This document shows positions 1-12,052 of a stretch of DNA of 64,000 nucleotides, one piece after another. The stretch lies in NCBI RefSeq assembly GCF_004010195.1, contig NC_057740.1:27994391-28058390 (forward strand). The letters run 5' to 3'. Origin of the DNA: Chiloscyllium plagiosum (Eukaryota). The first letter of the stretch is position 1. Every line of letters begins with the position of its first letter. The notes under the pieces were generated by a model. It was given only the letters and a program-made list of their open reading frames with translations. It did not search any database and was not told where the DNA came from. A program made the position numbers and the translations under genes.

Positions 1-42
1 GTAAGTAAATTGCTATTTCTATTGCCAGAAGTTTTATTTGTT

Positions 43-252
43 CTAATGTAGATATCTGTAAGTCCAAACTATCATCAGGGTGGAGTTGTCCTTCAATATC
101 TCAGAACGTTTCCTGTTTATGCTACCAACAGTGTTTTCTTTAATTCCGTCACAGCTTTGAATAGTTGGCTTCTTTATATCTCTCTTTTCATTTGGACAGA
201 ATGGCTTTTTAATGGGCATATTGTTGTCTGTATAATAACAGAACAAGTGATG
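43..252 (-). CDS. Candidate terminal coding exon of an unidentified gene (HHLFCYYTDNN...WTYRYLH*)
   Basis: Minus-strand acceptor tcttttccctctgtag ends at 253, then 69 open codons to a TAG at 43-45, with AATAAA at 33-38. No recognisable homology. Confidence 0.2.
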   Translation of the reverse strand, partial: HHLFCYYTDNNMPIKKPFCPNEKRDIKKPTIQSCDGIKENTVGSINRKRSEILKDNSTLMIVWTYRYLH

Positions 253-611
253 CTACAGAGGGAAAAGACTCTTGAAAATGAATATACATAGTGGAAATCT
301 GCAACCCACTAGCTATTGCCTCTATGGTTGACATTGCGTATGCACCTGTTTAACGTGAGCTTTTATATTCAATGTTGAAATCCCTCTGCAAGATTGGTGA
401 AAGAAAATCAATGTAAATTCTGAGGTAATTTCTGTACAAATGGGATTGAGCATATTTTGAGCCACTTAACAGAGGGGAAAGGAAGCACAGCAAGATTTAC
501 AAGGAATTGGATAGCATGCTTGTTCACTATGCCCTCCAGAATCTCACTCTTGCTGAGTTTCAAATGCAAGGATTATGAAAACTGTCAAGTATCTTACTTT
601 TCTTTCTACAG

Positions 612-747
612 GAAGCAAGCATTAACGTTTTATTTGATCACACAGCAAATGTCTCAACATCTTGCTCTTGACTATTATCAGATACTCATAAATTGTATGA
701 AAAGGCAGGAGAATTACTGGAAAGCTTTCAGTTGTAAAAATGTTTGA
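612..747 (+). CDS. Alternative candidate terminal exon (KQALTFYLITQQ...KNV*)
   Basis: Acceptor tcttacttttctttctacag ends at 611, the window starts with GTAAGT, and AATAAA motifs lie near 1168 and 1243. No recognisable homology. Confidence 0.13.
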
Positions 748-1247
748 CTATATTCCTCAGTCTATTTCACCCAAAGAGCCAAAACTAATTGTGATACTAC
801 CCTGGCTGTAGCCAGCTAGTCAAGGCAAGTCAATATTAGTGTTTGATTTGGTTAATACCACAATGGGTATTTCTTTAAACTATTTGGCCTCTCGGGGATC
901 TTTGCAAAACACCATTAAAAGAGAAGAATTTTCAGATCGCAACTTTGGATTTTACTACTACATACATAAGCCTCTTAAAGAAAAGTATCTTGAAATTTTA
1001 TGGAGGTTTGGCCAGTGTCCTTCCAAAGCCATGCAGGCAATTCCAGGAGAACCTGTGGAAAGTTTGAGAAGAGAATCTTACTTTAATCCCCTCCCACCCT
1101 ATGAACTGTGAAGAGCATTGCTGAGTTAATCTATTTTCACCCACTGATAAAAAATTAATTATAAAAGAATAAACAGGGACTTAAAATTTTCATGTCAAAC
1201 ATCTGATTCCAAAAGTTTCCCAAGCTTCCCAAACTAGTATGGAATAA

Positions 1248-1345
1248 ATGAAAACAAAAATTGCTGGAAAAACTTAACAGATCTGGCGGCATCTGTGGAG
1301 AGAAAACAGAGTTAACATTTCAGGACCAGTGACCCATCTTCAGAA
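1248..1345 (-). mobile_element. Penelope-like element terminus with hammerhead-like core (family C)
   Basis: Minus strand reads ttCTGAAGAtgggtcactggtcctGAAAtgttaactctg...gatgccgccagatctg...ccagcaa, matching the PLE termini elsewhere in the window. Confidence 0.7.
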
Positions 1346-1392
1346 AAGACACTGTGTGCTCAAGCAGACACACCCAGCTCATAGACTGGACA

Positions 1393-1588
1393 GGACTGCC
1401 AGAGGAAGTGATGGAGGCTGGTACAATTGCAACTTTTAAAAGGCATCTGGATGGGTAAATGAATAGGAAAGGTTTGGAGGGATATGGGCCAAGTTCTGGC
1501 AAATGGGACTTGATTAGGTTAGGATATCTGGTCGGCATGGACAAGTTGGACCGAAGGGTCAGTTACTGTGCTGTACATCTCTATGACT
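1393..1588 (+). mobile_element. CR1 LINE 3' end
   Basis: ctgccagaggaagtgatggaggctggtac...ggaccgaagggtc...ctctatgact; same 3' UTR as the RT-bearing CR1 copies. Confidence 0.9.
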
Positions 1589-2254
1589 GCATCTTGCAAG
1601 TTCTTTGTTCATTGATATAAGGTTAACCATTTTGACCCTACCTGGAGGTGCAAGGAATCCTCACCTTGCATTGCTTTACCTTTGCGTATTTTACTCCCTT
1701 AGCCAGAGATACCAGGCTTATATTACTTTTGTCTTGTCTTGCCGTTTAGCTCAGACACAAAAGCAGAAACTTGACATGGTTATCTGCAGCCCTCAGTCAA
1801 GTCATGGGAGGTAGCCTTCAGTTACAGGTAGCCTTGCTGCCACAACAAACTAATTCAACCTCTGAAACAGACCATGGGCTTGGACAATAACAGTCAGCTG
1901 CTTGGGACAGTCAGAGTCAGAGTGATCTCCACAAGGGGTGAGGAGCCAAATGTCAGGCAGCCCACCACCTGTCTTCAGGCTTTCTGATCTATTGTGGGCT
2001 GTTTATGTCCTAGAATAATAGGTATTAAGGGAAATAAATGTGGAAAGCATAGCAGCTGCTTTTGATGCAGTTGGGAAAGTGTCATCAGTGAGTGAGTAAG
2101 TAGGCAGCACAGAGGGCATGCAGGGTGGGTAAGAGTGAATGAGGGATGATGTTCTAGGTAATAGGGAGGGTAGTAGAGCATGAGCCTTGTGGTGAAAGGT
2201 GGGGACGATAGTTGAGATAGATTGAATGTGAGATACTGACGAGAAGATAGTGGC

Positions 2255-2405
2255 ACTTACACTGGCAGAGTGGAGAAGATTATTCCTCGAGTGCTTGACA
2301 ATCATCCAGACAGTTGAAGCTGCTTTAACCTGGATGGCAACCTTGGATCAGGCTGGTCTGGCATTGTGGCCTCCACTCCATTGTCCTATGAGAAAAGACT
2401 TGTTC
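2255..2405 (-). mobile_element. Decayed Myb/SANT-like exon, probably from a PIF/Harbinger transposon
   Basis: Translates NARPA*SKVAIQVKAASTVWMIVKHSRNNLLHSAS followed by gtaagt; resembles the trihelix motif W..VA..V.A.S...R...QCR...N.L. Confidence 0.35.
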
Positions 2406-2409
2406 AGCA

Positions 2410-2997
2410 ATAGACTTTAGAAAAATGGGAGGGGTTCTGATTGAAACATAGGAGAAAGTGAGGTCTGCAGATGCTGGAGATCAATGGCCCAAGGCTGGCC
2501 ATTCTACCTCAGAGCTGTCCATGAAATTAAAGCAACAGAACGAGATCACGTATGAGAACTCCAGAAGCATTGAGTCCTCTCAGTGTGGATGAGTCCAAAA
2601 GCTAAAGCCATTTGGCTTTTCTGCCTTTTTGATTGAAACATATAATATTCTAATAGGGCTGGAAAGACTAGATCAAGGGAGGATGTTTTCCCTGTTTAGG
2701 GAACCTAGAATTAGGGGAACCAGTTACAGTTAGAGCATTAGGACTGAGAAGAGGAAATATTTCTTCAATCAAAGTGAAGTGAACCTGTGGAATTCTCTAT
2801 CACAGATGGTTGTGGAGGCTGACTCACTGAATATGTTCAAGAAAGAGACAGATAAGTTTCTAGATTTTAACAGCATTAAGGGATATGGGGAGGAAGTGGG
2901 AATATGGCATTGAGTTTGTGAATTCGCCGTGACCTTATTGAAAGGCTGAGCAGACTTGAATGAAATACTCCTGCTCCTAGTTTCTATGTTTCTATCC
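2410..2997 (+). mobile_element. Old CR1 3' end interrupted by a PLE-associated insertion
   Basis: tgattgaaacatataatattctaatagggct...gtggaattctctatcacag...ctcctgctcctagtttctatgtttctat tail. Confidence 0.75.
2451..2629 (-). mobile_element. 33-bp PLE 3' terminus plus captured copy of neighbouring DNA, 13-bp TSD
   Basis: TSD tgattgaaacata at 2438-2450 and 2630-2642; ggagaaagtgaggtctgcagatgctggagatca at 2451-2483; 2487-2633 matches 3234-3380. Confidence 0.85.
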
Positions 2998-3233
2998 ATG
3001 TTTGATTCTATGACCAGTAATTGCATGATACTTAACAATATGTATCAATAAATATCTGATCACAGAGATCATTTAGCTTCACATGCTTGCACATCTCTGA
3101 GTTTCAGCGATCTTGGCTGAATTTTGCTTTCATAAACCAGGAATGAAGTGGCACCCCTATTGCTGCTATGATTGGGATCAGCTTGCTGAGGATAGAATAC
3201 AAATTGCACCAGATGACCACACTGGACTGGAGA

Positions 3234-3380
3234 GCCCAAGGCTGGCCATTCTACCTCAGAGCTGTCCATGAAATTAAAGCAACAGAACGAGATCACGTAT
3301 GAGAACTCCAGAAGCATTGAGTCCTCTCAGTGTGGATGAGTCCAAAAGCTAAAGCCATTTGGCTTTTCTGCCTTTTTGAT
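3234..3380 (+). repeat. Source copy of the 147-bp local duplication
   Basis: Identical by eye to 2487-2633. Confidence 0.95.
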
Positions 3381-5149
3381 CATGTCGGAAAATGACACAG
3401 CCATGAATATTATGAGTGGCCTTTTAGCACAATATAAATTCCATAAATTCTCCACTTAAAAATCATGCCAGCATAAATGAACCCTACGTTAACAGTAGGT
3501 CAATTGGAAATAACTCAAAAGAAACAGTGCAACCAGTCAATAGGTTTTGTCTGGCAATTCTACAATCCAAACAGTTTCTCACTGCAATAAGGATGCAACT
3601 AAAGCATTTATTATTCTTCTGTGATTGTACCAGAATAAAAATTAAACATTGAGTGTACTAAGTGTACAAACACCAAACAAGAAAGGTGCACTGAGATTGA
3701 AATTCTGGCCAGAGATTTGTAGTGTTGAATGACAACAGGAAAAATCAGAATTGCAGGCATCATTATCACATTATAAAAGCTTTCTCAAATGGTAAAAGAA
3801 ACGACAAGGACAGAAACAACTTTTTGCAATGCACATGGAATTGTTTGGACCAAATGTAATTGTGTGTGTAATGTAAAGGGCATTTGACTATTTGTTGGTT
3901 TAGTAATGAAGATGTAAATAATGTATAAATTATGCTTGGTATTGACTACATCACAATTTCAAAGATTACGCCTTGTTTCCTATACATCATACTTTGCTGC
4001 ACCAACAATTTTGTTTACATGTGCTGTCTAGCTATGGTGGATTTATGCAAACAACTTCTACAAATCTAGATTTCAGAGCCTTGATAAGAATGTAAGAATG
4101 CAACATACCCAATGAATGTTTGCAGATTCTTGGTTTCCACTGTTCTTCTTGTGTTGAGTAAGAGGGATGTGACTGTGGCAATCACCATGACAACGGTAAC
4201 CAATATCACAGTGAATATAACCAGCAGGATGGGCAGTGCCAGTTATGTTTGCGTTGGGTGTAAAATGAGGTGTTTCATGATGGTTTGGTGATATTCACAA
4301 GCTGGAACGTTGGTGTGGGGGAGGGGAACAGAAGACAAAAGAAACACCTCAGGCATATGAGCAAACAAAATTGATGGTCAGGATAAGACCAGCTGGTCTG
4401 CCAAGCCTGCAGGCACTGGAACACCCTGATGGAGTAACACCCTTAGCTGTATCTATAGAATTAGTATTGCTACTGCAGGGCATGCACGAAGATCTGTTAC
4501 CTTTCAGAGATATATTTCAGGCAGAGCCTCTAACAGAAGATGCCACTTGAGAATGGAAATTAAAGTACTCTTTATCTCGAAGGCTATCAGGACATTTTTA
4601 AGCCACAGTAAATTGCTACAGAAGAAAAACCAGCAACATAATCAAGTAATTTTGAGAATCAGATGAGGCCAAATGCTTTGATGTTTGATCAATTGATTAT
4701 GTCCTAGAATTTATGTTTTTCTCTCCCATGTAATTATTTACACATGGATTTTTGTTCATTTATGCAGTGTTTGAAAACATGCCTTCGCAGTGGAAGAAAA
4801 TTGGGAGGGGTTTACGGCCAAGTGCTGGTGTTCTTGTTGGTACATACATGCTGCAGAGTGAACTTTAGTTAAGTCTCAAAATGTCCTCATTTCATGAATG
4901 ATTTGAACACTTAACCAACTACTTTGGGAGAAACATTGGATTACAGAATGAACAATAAATGACCGTTCGAGCCCATCATGTTGTGCCTTTAGAAAGGACC
5001 TAGAAATGTTTAATATTGGGGTGTTTGAGTCCTGTTTTGGGTTGTATATATCAGTGGGGCCAGAATGAAGAGTTACGAGTGTAAAGTAATCTGTAAACTG
5101 ATTGAAAGTACAGGTTAGAAGAATCAAAATTTAAATACAGGAGAGCAAT

Positions 5150-5590
5150 GTGCAAAGTAAAAGAGAGAAGATCAAGTAGAGATCTGATGTTTTCAAAATC
5201 AGGAGAGAACTGGACAGAATTGATAGTGAGAAACTAACAGAAACGGAAATTGTTGGAGAAGCTCAGGAAGTCTGGCTGCTTTTGTAGACAGAAAGCAGAA
5301 CTAACATGACCCTTCTTCCGAATACCTTCAATTTCTCCAGCAATTTCTGTTTCTGTTTCAGATTTCCCACATCAACATTTATTTGTTTTATTTTAGTGGG
5401 AAATTGTTCCTGCTTGTAAATGGATCATGAACAAGAAGGCAGAGATATCAAGTGATTTGCAAAAGTAACAAATGTAATGTGAGAGATTAACCTTTTCACA
5501 TGACAAGTGGCTCTGGTGTGGAATGCACTGCCTGAAAATGTGGTGGAGGCATTCAACTGATGTTTTCAAGAGGGCATTAGATGATTAGTG
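5150..5590 (+). mobile_element. Old CR1 3' fragment with nested PLE insertions
   Basis: agagaagatcaagtagagatctgatg...ggtgtggaatgcactgcctgaaaatgtggtggaggca; CR1 ORF2 C-terminal region. Confidence 0.65.
5236..5393. mobile_element. Fold-back PLE terminus (family C)
   Basis: aacagaaacggaaattgttggagaa ... ttctccagcaatttctgtttctgtt inverted arms; degenerate TSD tagtgagaaact/tagtgggaaatt. Confidence 0.65.
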
Positions 5591-5714
5591 GAGAAAGTGA
5601 GGTCTGCAGATGCTGGAGATCAGAGCTGAAAAAGTGTTGCTGGAAAAGCGCAGCAGGTCAGGCAGCATCCAGGGAACAGGAGAATCGATGTTTCAGGCAT
5701 AAGCCCTTCTTCAG
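5591..5714 (-). mobile_element. PLE terminus (family A) ending at the hammerhead core, 11-bp TSD
   Basis: gagaaagtgaggtctgcagatgctggag...tttcaggcataagcccttcttcag; TSD gatgattagtg at 5580-5590 and 5715-5725. Confidence 0.85.
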
Positions 5715-6029
5715 GATGATTAGTGACTAGAAGCCATAAGCTGAATCTTATTGTATTTTGACTAAATGTAAAGTTCATTGAGTTTCATTGAAGGTTTCAC
5801 TTCACAAGGCTCAGCAGGTTTTCTCGTCATATCAAACCAAGCTCACTCCTTAACCACCGACTTCACACTCGTAGATTTCTACTCAGTAGATGCTAGCCCA
5901 AATCTATCACTTGACCTACCTAGAATAATTCACCATTCATTGGATTTCTTGGGATATACTGGCATCCCTGGAGCCCATGCTAGATTTGAAAGGCTATAGC
6001 ACACCCAGACAAACACTGGCATTCTGAAG

Positions 6030-6236
6030 ATGCCATGCTTGATTCCAGACTAATTCTGAAGGATGTTGGACAAGCGAAAGTTAGTGCTATGAATCTCCAA
6101 CAGCACCTGGAGGCTATAACCTCAGACCCTGCTAACCTGGGCTGAAGTCGAGACTAGGTTCAGTGCTTTATGCACGATCCAGACGGACATGCGGCTTTGC
6201 AGGGATTACCATTCTTAATGCTGTCAGGATAAGTGC
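6030..6236 (+). mobile_element. Decayed Myb/SANT-like exon, probably from a PIF/Harbinger transposon
   Basis: Translates QTLLTWAEVETRFSALCTIQTDMRLCR, followed by a donor-like aggataagt; parallels the relic at 2255-2405. Confidence 0.3.
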
Positions 6237-6619
6237 TCCACCCTTCTCCCTGCCACCTGACACACACTATATCTGTGCTTTGGCGCACAGCTTCCAATGA
6301 TCCTCATGCTCTACCACTCTCACTGTTTTTTGCAAAATCTTTCCTCAGTCATTCTCACCCAACCTAGAAACCAGAAAGACTCACCTTGTGTGTACTCTGC
6401 CTTGCCTTCTCACCTACCTGGGCTACACCACCTTTTTTCCACCTGCATCTATACTAACAATTGTGCCACCCACTTTCATCTCACTCAATCCCTCTTCTCT
6501 CATTCCAGTAGATAACAGTACACAATAGGGCACAATAGACCTGGGTGAGTAGTAGAGCTAATAGTGCTCATAGCCCTTAGTATGGAATTTGAGAATGTCA
6601 CTTAAGCTGAACCATCAAC

Positions 6620-6841
6620 TTCTTTCTTCACCAGTACCCTAAACCCACTACTCCGAGCACCCCTCTCCCAAACTACAGCATAAATGCTGTCTCTTCCACA
6701 AGTTACTTCAGCTCTGATGAAGAATCGTCTACACTTGAAACGTTAGCTTGCTCTCTCTCCATGGATGCTGTCTGACCCGCTGTGATCCCCAGCATTTGTT
6801 GTCTGCAGTACAGATTCCAGCATCTGCAGTAAATTGTTCCC
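6620..6841 (+). mobile_element. PLE terminus (family B)
   Basis: C-rich tract, CTGATGA...GAAACGTT core, then ggatgctgtctgacccgctgtgatccccagca...ccagcatctgcagt. Confidence 0.75.
6710..6748 (+). ncRNA. Minimal type I hammerhead ribozyme motif, stem II decayed
   Basis: AGCT-CTGATGA-a-[stem II]-GAAA-CG-TT-AGCT; stem I AGCT/AGCT can pair. Confidence 0.5.
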
Positions 6842-7816
6842 CAATTGTGTTAGTACTTACCTCTGCACTGGCCACAAATGAGCCACATGGCTGATTATCA
6901 CCCACTCCTGGACAGGAGGCACGGACCCACTGATTGAGAGCACCCGGATAGGATGTCTGACCATGGTCAATCTCCTACATTGATTTTGGATGTTGCCTTG
7001 ACTTACTGTACTGGGAATCCCTGACAGACACGTCCTTTCATGGACTTCAATGAGGGCCACTTCCCTTAGAATTTGAGGCATGGCCACTTACATGCAGTAC
7101 ACACTACATAAGCTGCTGGCATGTTGTGCAAGTATAAGATTTACATAGCTCTGTGTATCTGACAAGATGTCTGCCCCATTGACTAAGGACTGTTGACCAG
7201 CACGGAAAGCCTCCTGAGTCTGTGACTGCACTAAGAGGCAAGGAAGTAACCAATTTCAAAATCCAAATTTATTGGTCTTCAGAAAGACTGGCGTCCAGGT
7301 AGAGTCAAGGTGAGTGGGTGCTAAGAGAGCAACTAAACAGCCCTGAGATGCAGCCTGGTCCAATCCATGAACTGAGTGCTTGTTCCTGCACATAAAGTGT
7401 CCTTCTAGTAGTGTATCAATGCTAGTTGCTGGTGGGCCCTAAAGTGCAGCTTTAATATGCAGATGCTTCCTGTAAATGAATCGGAAAGGTGCCATAAGGG
7501 GTGTGAGAGGCTGGCTGGTGTCAGATTCCAGTGTCTGGAGACATGGTGGCAGATGGGAGTAGTCTGGTGCCCCAGAGTGTACACTGTTACATTTTCTGGG
7601 CTGCTTTCCAAAATGACAGTCCCAGCAAGTAGTGAGCTGGCATTGTGAAGGACCCACCCTGACTAAATGTTAGGAAGTCTTGATGTCTAACTTCCTCATG
7701 GCAGGTGATGAGATTGGAAACTGCATACTCGTGAGGCAAGCTGCAGTGTTAATAAGGCTGTTAACAAGCAATGATGCTATTAATAGGCATCTTGTTGCTG
7801 CCTAGTGAGAATTATG

Positions 7817-7846
7817 CACACACACACACGCACACACACACACACG
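7817..7846. repeat. (CA)n microsatellite
   Basis: Direct read. Confidence 0.95.
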
Positions 7847-8804
7847 AAGGATAGCCTAAGCTGTCCTTCTGAAGTCCAGTAAACTTGGATTTTGAAATTG
7901 GTGAGTTGAACATCTCCAGGTTAACACAATGTTTTCTTTGGAATCAATCTTTTGGTAAGTTGACTGAGGATTTATATCTGTTCTTACGGAATCAGTAACT
8001 GCTGGGTTGATTCATGAAACACTGCCTTCTATGAATGTGGAGAGGCAGCAGAGAGGGCTGGAACATGTCAGCTTGAAGGAGAGAGAAAGAGAGGCTGTCA
8101 CGTTCAGGGCCCTTGCTCCTTAGCATCTCTTCATCTTCCTTGGCCTGGAGAAATAGTTTCCTAAACACAAAAGAGGGTTATCTGGCTTGTTCATGAAACC
8201 CCCTCTCTCCAAGTGACCAGTTACCCAAACATGGTCATGACTGGTGAATTCTAGGTCCATATTTTGTGCGTTTAGATTATGAATGGACAGTTTCCTTTCC
8301 TCAGCCAGAGTTTATTGTCTGAGATGATTACATTGAATGCTTCATCCCTCTTCAGTTGAGGACCCTGATGATTGCTTGATGTCTTGTGAATGGGTTCGGA
8401 GATGGCCCTTTCACATTCTTTCACACTGGGTATTTCAGATGGGATTTTTGAAGCAGATTGACTCAAATCCAGTGGCTTGGAAATTTGTGAGGTACAGTTA
8501 TGCAAATATTGGTTTCCTTTGAACCTATTGTTTTAAGTTACTGGAATGCTATTTCAGTCCGTTAAAACCAATCAGTGGCTTTCAGCCTAATAATAAAGTA
8601 AAATGATTTTTGCTGTAATGCATGGTCTTACAACACTGTGGGCAACAAAGTAATCACTACACATCATTTTTGGTTGGACTCCAATGAGCCCAAATATAAA
8701 TATTCTCCAAGTAAATATTAGAATCTCATTACAATCCCATTCTACTATATTGCTTTCCAATTGTGAAATACCATGAAATAATGCATAATAAAAGATTAGA
8801 AAAA

Positions 8805-9096
8805 TCTTAGGTTCCCTACAGTGAAGAAACAGACTATTAAGCCTGATAAGTCCACACCGACCCTCCAAAGAGTACATTTACCCCTTACACATCCCCGAAC
8901 ACTATGGGCAATTTAGCTTTGCCAATTCACCTAACCTACATATCTTTGGATTGTGGGAGGAAACCAGAGCGCCTGGAGGAAACCGACTCATGGGGAGAAT
9001 GTGCAAACTCCACACAGACAGTCACCCAAGGCTGGAATCTAACCCAGGTCACTGGCACTGTGAGGCAGCAATGTTAACCACTGAGCACTGTGCTGC
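8805..9096 (-). mobile_element. HE1-type V-SINE
   Basis: tRNA-like head (ctcagtggttaac...gggttagattcc), V-domain tgtctgtgtggagtttgcacattctcccc, CR1-like tail. Confidence 0.9.
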
Positions 9097-9715
9097 AATC
9101 CTCGAGTAAGTGCTATGCAGTACTTACATCTTGCTGTAATATGGAGAAATCCAACATGCATGTTTGTTTTAACATGGGTGTTGACTTTTTGACCATTTCC
9201 TGCTCATTTAATTACATCTGGGTTTTCCAGTAAATAAAGTCACTCTTTTACCATGTTATTCCAGGTACTTTAATGGAAATGACTTATATTGTGGAAGTCT
9301 GCAAGTCTAGAAAAGTTAGTCTTATAATACAACAGAGAATTCTCTGCAGCAAACGGAAACAGAGTGGTCAGAAGAAAGAAACTCAAACGCTTCAAAAGAA
9401 ACAAGGCTGAGAGTACAAAGAAAAACAGAAATGGGCAGAGAGAAAAAATAGATCACTGAAGTGGAAACTCGTTGTCAAAGATTTCATGGTCTCATCTGAA
9501 ATGTCTCATTTCCCTAGCATTTTAATTGAGCATCAGCCTCTTTATTTAAATTTTACTTTAATATAATTCCTAATTGCATCAAAAAAAATTTTCATATGAC
9601 TGACATTAAGTATTTATGTGAGAGCATCCCACAGCTGCAGAATTATGCTGTGAGAGCATTTAGTTGGGAAAGGGACAGTGAGCTTGAGCAGGAATCAAGA
9701 TTAGTTTCTTTTTTA

Positions 9716-10029
9716 TTTGATTAGATTAGATTACTTACAGTGTGGAAACAGGCCCTTCGGCCCAACAAGCCCACACCAACTCTCTGAAGAGCAACCCACC
9801 CAGACCCATTCCCCTACATTTACCCCTTCACTTAACACTACGGGCAATTTAGCATGACCAATTCACCTAACCTGCACAGTGGGAGGAAAATGGAACAGCC
9901 GGAGTAAACCCACACAGACATAGGGAGAATGTGCAAATTCCACACAGACAGTTGCCTGAGGCGGGAACAGAACCCATGTCTCTGGTGCTGTGAGGCAGCA
10001 GTGGTAACCACTGTGCCACCGTGCCTCCC
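9716..10029 (-). mobile_element. HE1-type V-SINE
   Basis: Head ggcacggtggcacagtggtt, V-domain, tail gggccgaagggcctgtttccacactgtaag(taatc)n. Confidence 0.93.
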
Positions 10030-10074
10030 ATTGTTCACAACATTCTACATTCACAGGCTGTTTCAATTTGCCAT

Positions 10075-10568
10075 GACAAGGTGGTGATGGGTCTTGAACT
10101 GCTGCAGTCATGAGCAATAGTTCTCCCACTGGTGATATTAATTAAAGTATTAAGTAAGTAAGTTTGGCATTAGGTAACAGGGATGGTGGGCCAAATGGCC
10201 TCCCTCTGTGCCATAACAATTCCCTGATTATGAAAGCCACCGAGTTTAACTCAATGACAATGAAGCAACAGTATTGTACTTGCAAATCAAAATGGGCTAA
10301 GTGCAGAGGTGATGGTGGTACCATTATCTTGAAATTCTTGGAATTGTAGAGGTTGTAGGAGAAGGAAATGTTTTTGAAGTAGGATTGGTAAGTATTTGCA
10401 ATGCATCCTATGTTGCAGTCACATGGCAAGAGGATGGATTTCCATCCACTGGCAGTAGCATCCTGAATGATATTGAGCTTTATGCCTGTTAATTACGCTC
10501 TAGCCATTTAAGCAAGTGGTGAGTATTCCATTATACTGCCGACTTGAGTCTGGTCGATGGTGAAGAGG
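10075..10568 (-). mobile_element. Highly decayed LINE relic, same family as 23641-24175
   Basis: Shared motifs gtggtgatgggtcttgaactgctgcagt and gcaagtggtgagtattccattatact. Confidence 0.4.
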
Positions 10569-10574
10569 AAGTTA

Positions 10575-12052
10575 AAGGAAGAAATTGCAGGGTTACTTGC
10601 AAAAACATTTGTATCATCCATAACTACGGGTGAGGTGCCGGAATGACTGGAGAGTGGCTAATGTTGTACCTTTGTTTAAGAAGGGATGTTAGGAGAAGCC
10701 TGGGAACTATAGATCTGTGAGTCTGAATTAGGTGGTGGATAGGTTGTTGGAAGTGATTCTGAAAGATGTGATTTACAAGCATTTGGAGAGACAAGGAATG
10801 AATAGGGATAGTTTTGTCTGGGTTTTGTCTGAGGGAAATCATATCTCACAATGTGATTGAGTTTTTTGAGGAAGTAACCAAAAAGATTGATGAGGGCCGA
10901 GCAGTAAACATTGGTTACTTGGACTTCAGTAAAGCCTTTAACAAGGTCCTGCACGGTAGGCTAATTAGTAAAGTTCAATCACATGGGGTTCAGCATGAGC
11001 TTGCCAATTGAATACAAAATTGGCTTCATGGCAGGAGACAGAGAGTGATGGTGGAGGGTTATTTTTCAGACTGGAGGACTGCTACACATAGTTTTTCAAA
11101 GTAATCTGGGCAGTGTCCACTTTTGTTTGTAATTTATATAAATTACTTAGTTGAGAATATAGAAGACATGGCTAGTAAGTTTGCAGATAACACCAAAATT
11201 GGTGGTATAATGAACAGAGAAGAAGGATATCTAAAATTACAAAGAAATCTTGATCAATTGGTCAATTGGCTGAAGAATGGCAGATGGAATGTAATTTGGA
11301 TAAATGTGAGGTATTGCATTTTGGTAAAACAAACAAGGCAGGACTTACACAGTTAAGAGTAGGGCCTTGTGTCGTGTTGTAGAACAGAGAGATCTGGGGT
11401 GCAGGTACATAACTCTTTGAAGTTTGCATCACATTTGATAGGGTGGTTAAGAAGGCATTTAGCACGCTTGCCTTCATTACTCAGATCTTTGAGTATAGGA
11501 GTTGGGACGTTATGTTGAGGTTGTACAAGTTGCGAGGCCTCCTCTGGAGTACTGTGTCCAGTTCTGGTCACCCTGTTATAGGAAGGATATTATTAAGTTG
11601 GAGAGGGTACAGAAGAAATTTATCAGGATGTTTCTGGAAATGGAGGTTTGAATTATAAGGATATGCTGGACAGGCTGGACCCTTTTCATTGGAGTGTAGG
11701 AGATTGAGAGGTTGATAAAATCATGAAGGTATAAATAAGTGAATGGTAGGTATCTTTTCCCTAGGGTGGCAACATTTCAAAGCTTGGGGACATACATTTA
11801 AGGTGAGTGGAGCAAGATTTTAAAAAGACAATTGAGGGGCAATTTTTTTGGACAGTGGGGCTCATGTCTGGAATGAATACTAGAGGAAGTGGTGGATGCG
11901 GGTACAGTTACAACATAATTACATGAGTAGGAAAGATTTGGAAGGATATGGACCAGGAGCAGGCAGGTGGGACTAGTTTGCCTTGGGATTATGATCGGCA
12001 TGGACTGGTTGGACTGATGGGCTTGTTTCCATGCTCTATGACTCTATGATTC
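10575..12052 (+). mobile_element. CR1 LINE, 5'-truncated (RT domain to 3' tail)
   Basis: ORF pieces IEFFEEVTKKIDEGRAVNIGYLDFSKAFNKV and SKFADNTKIGG; tail ctctatgactctatgattc. Confidence 0.95.
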
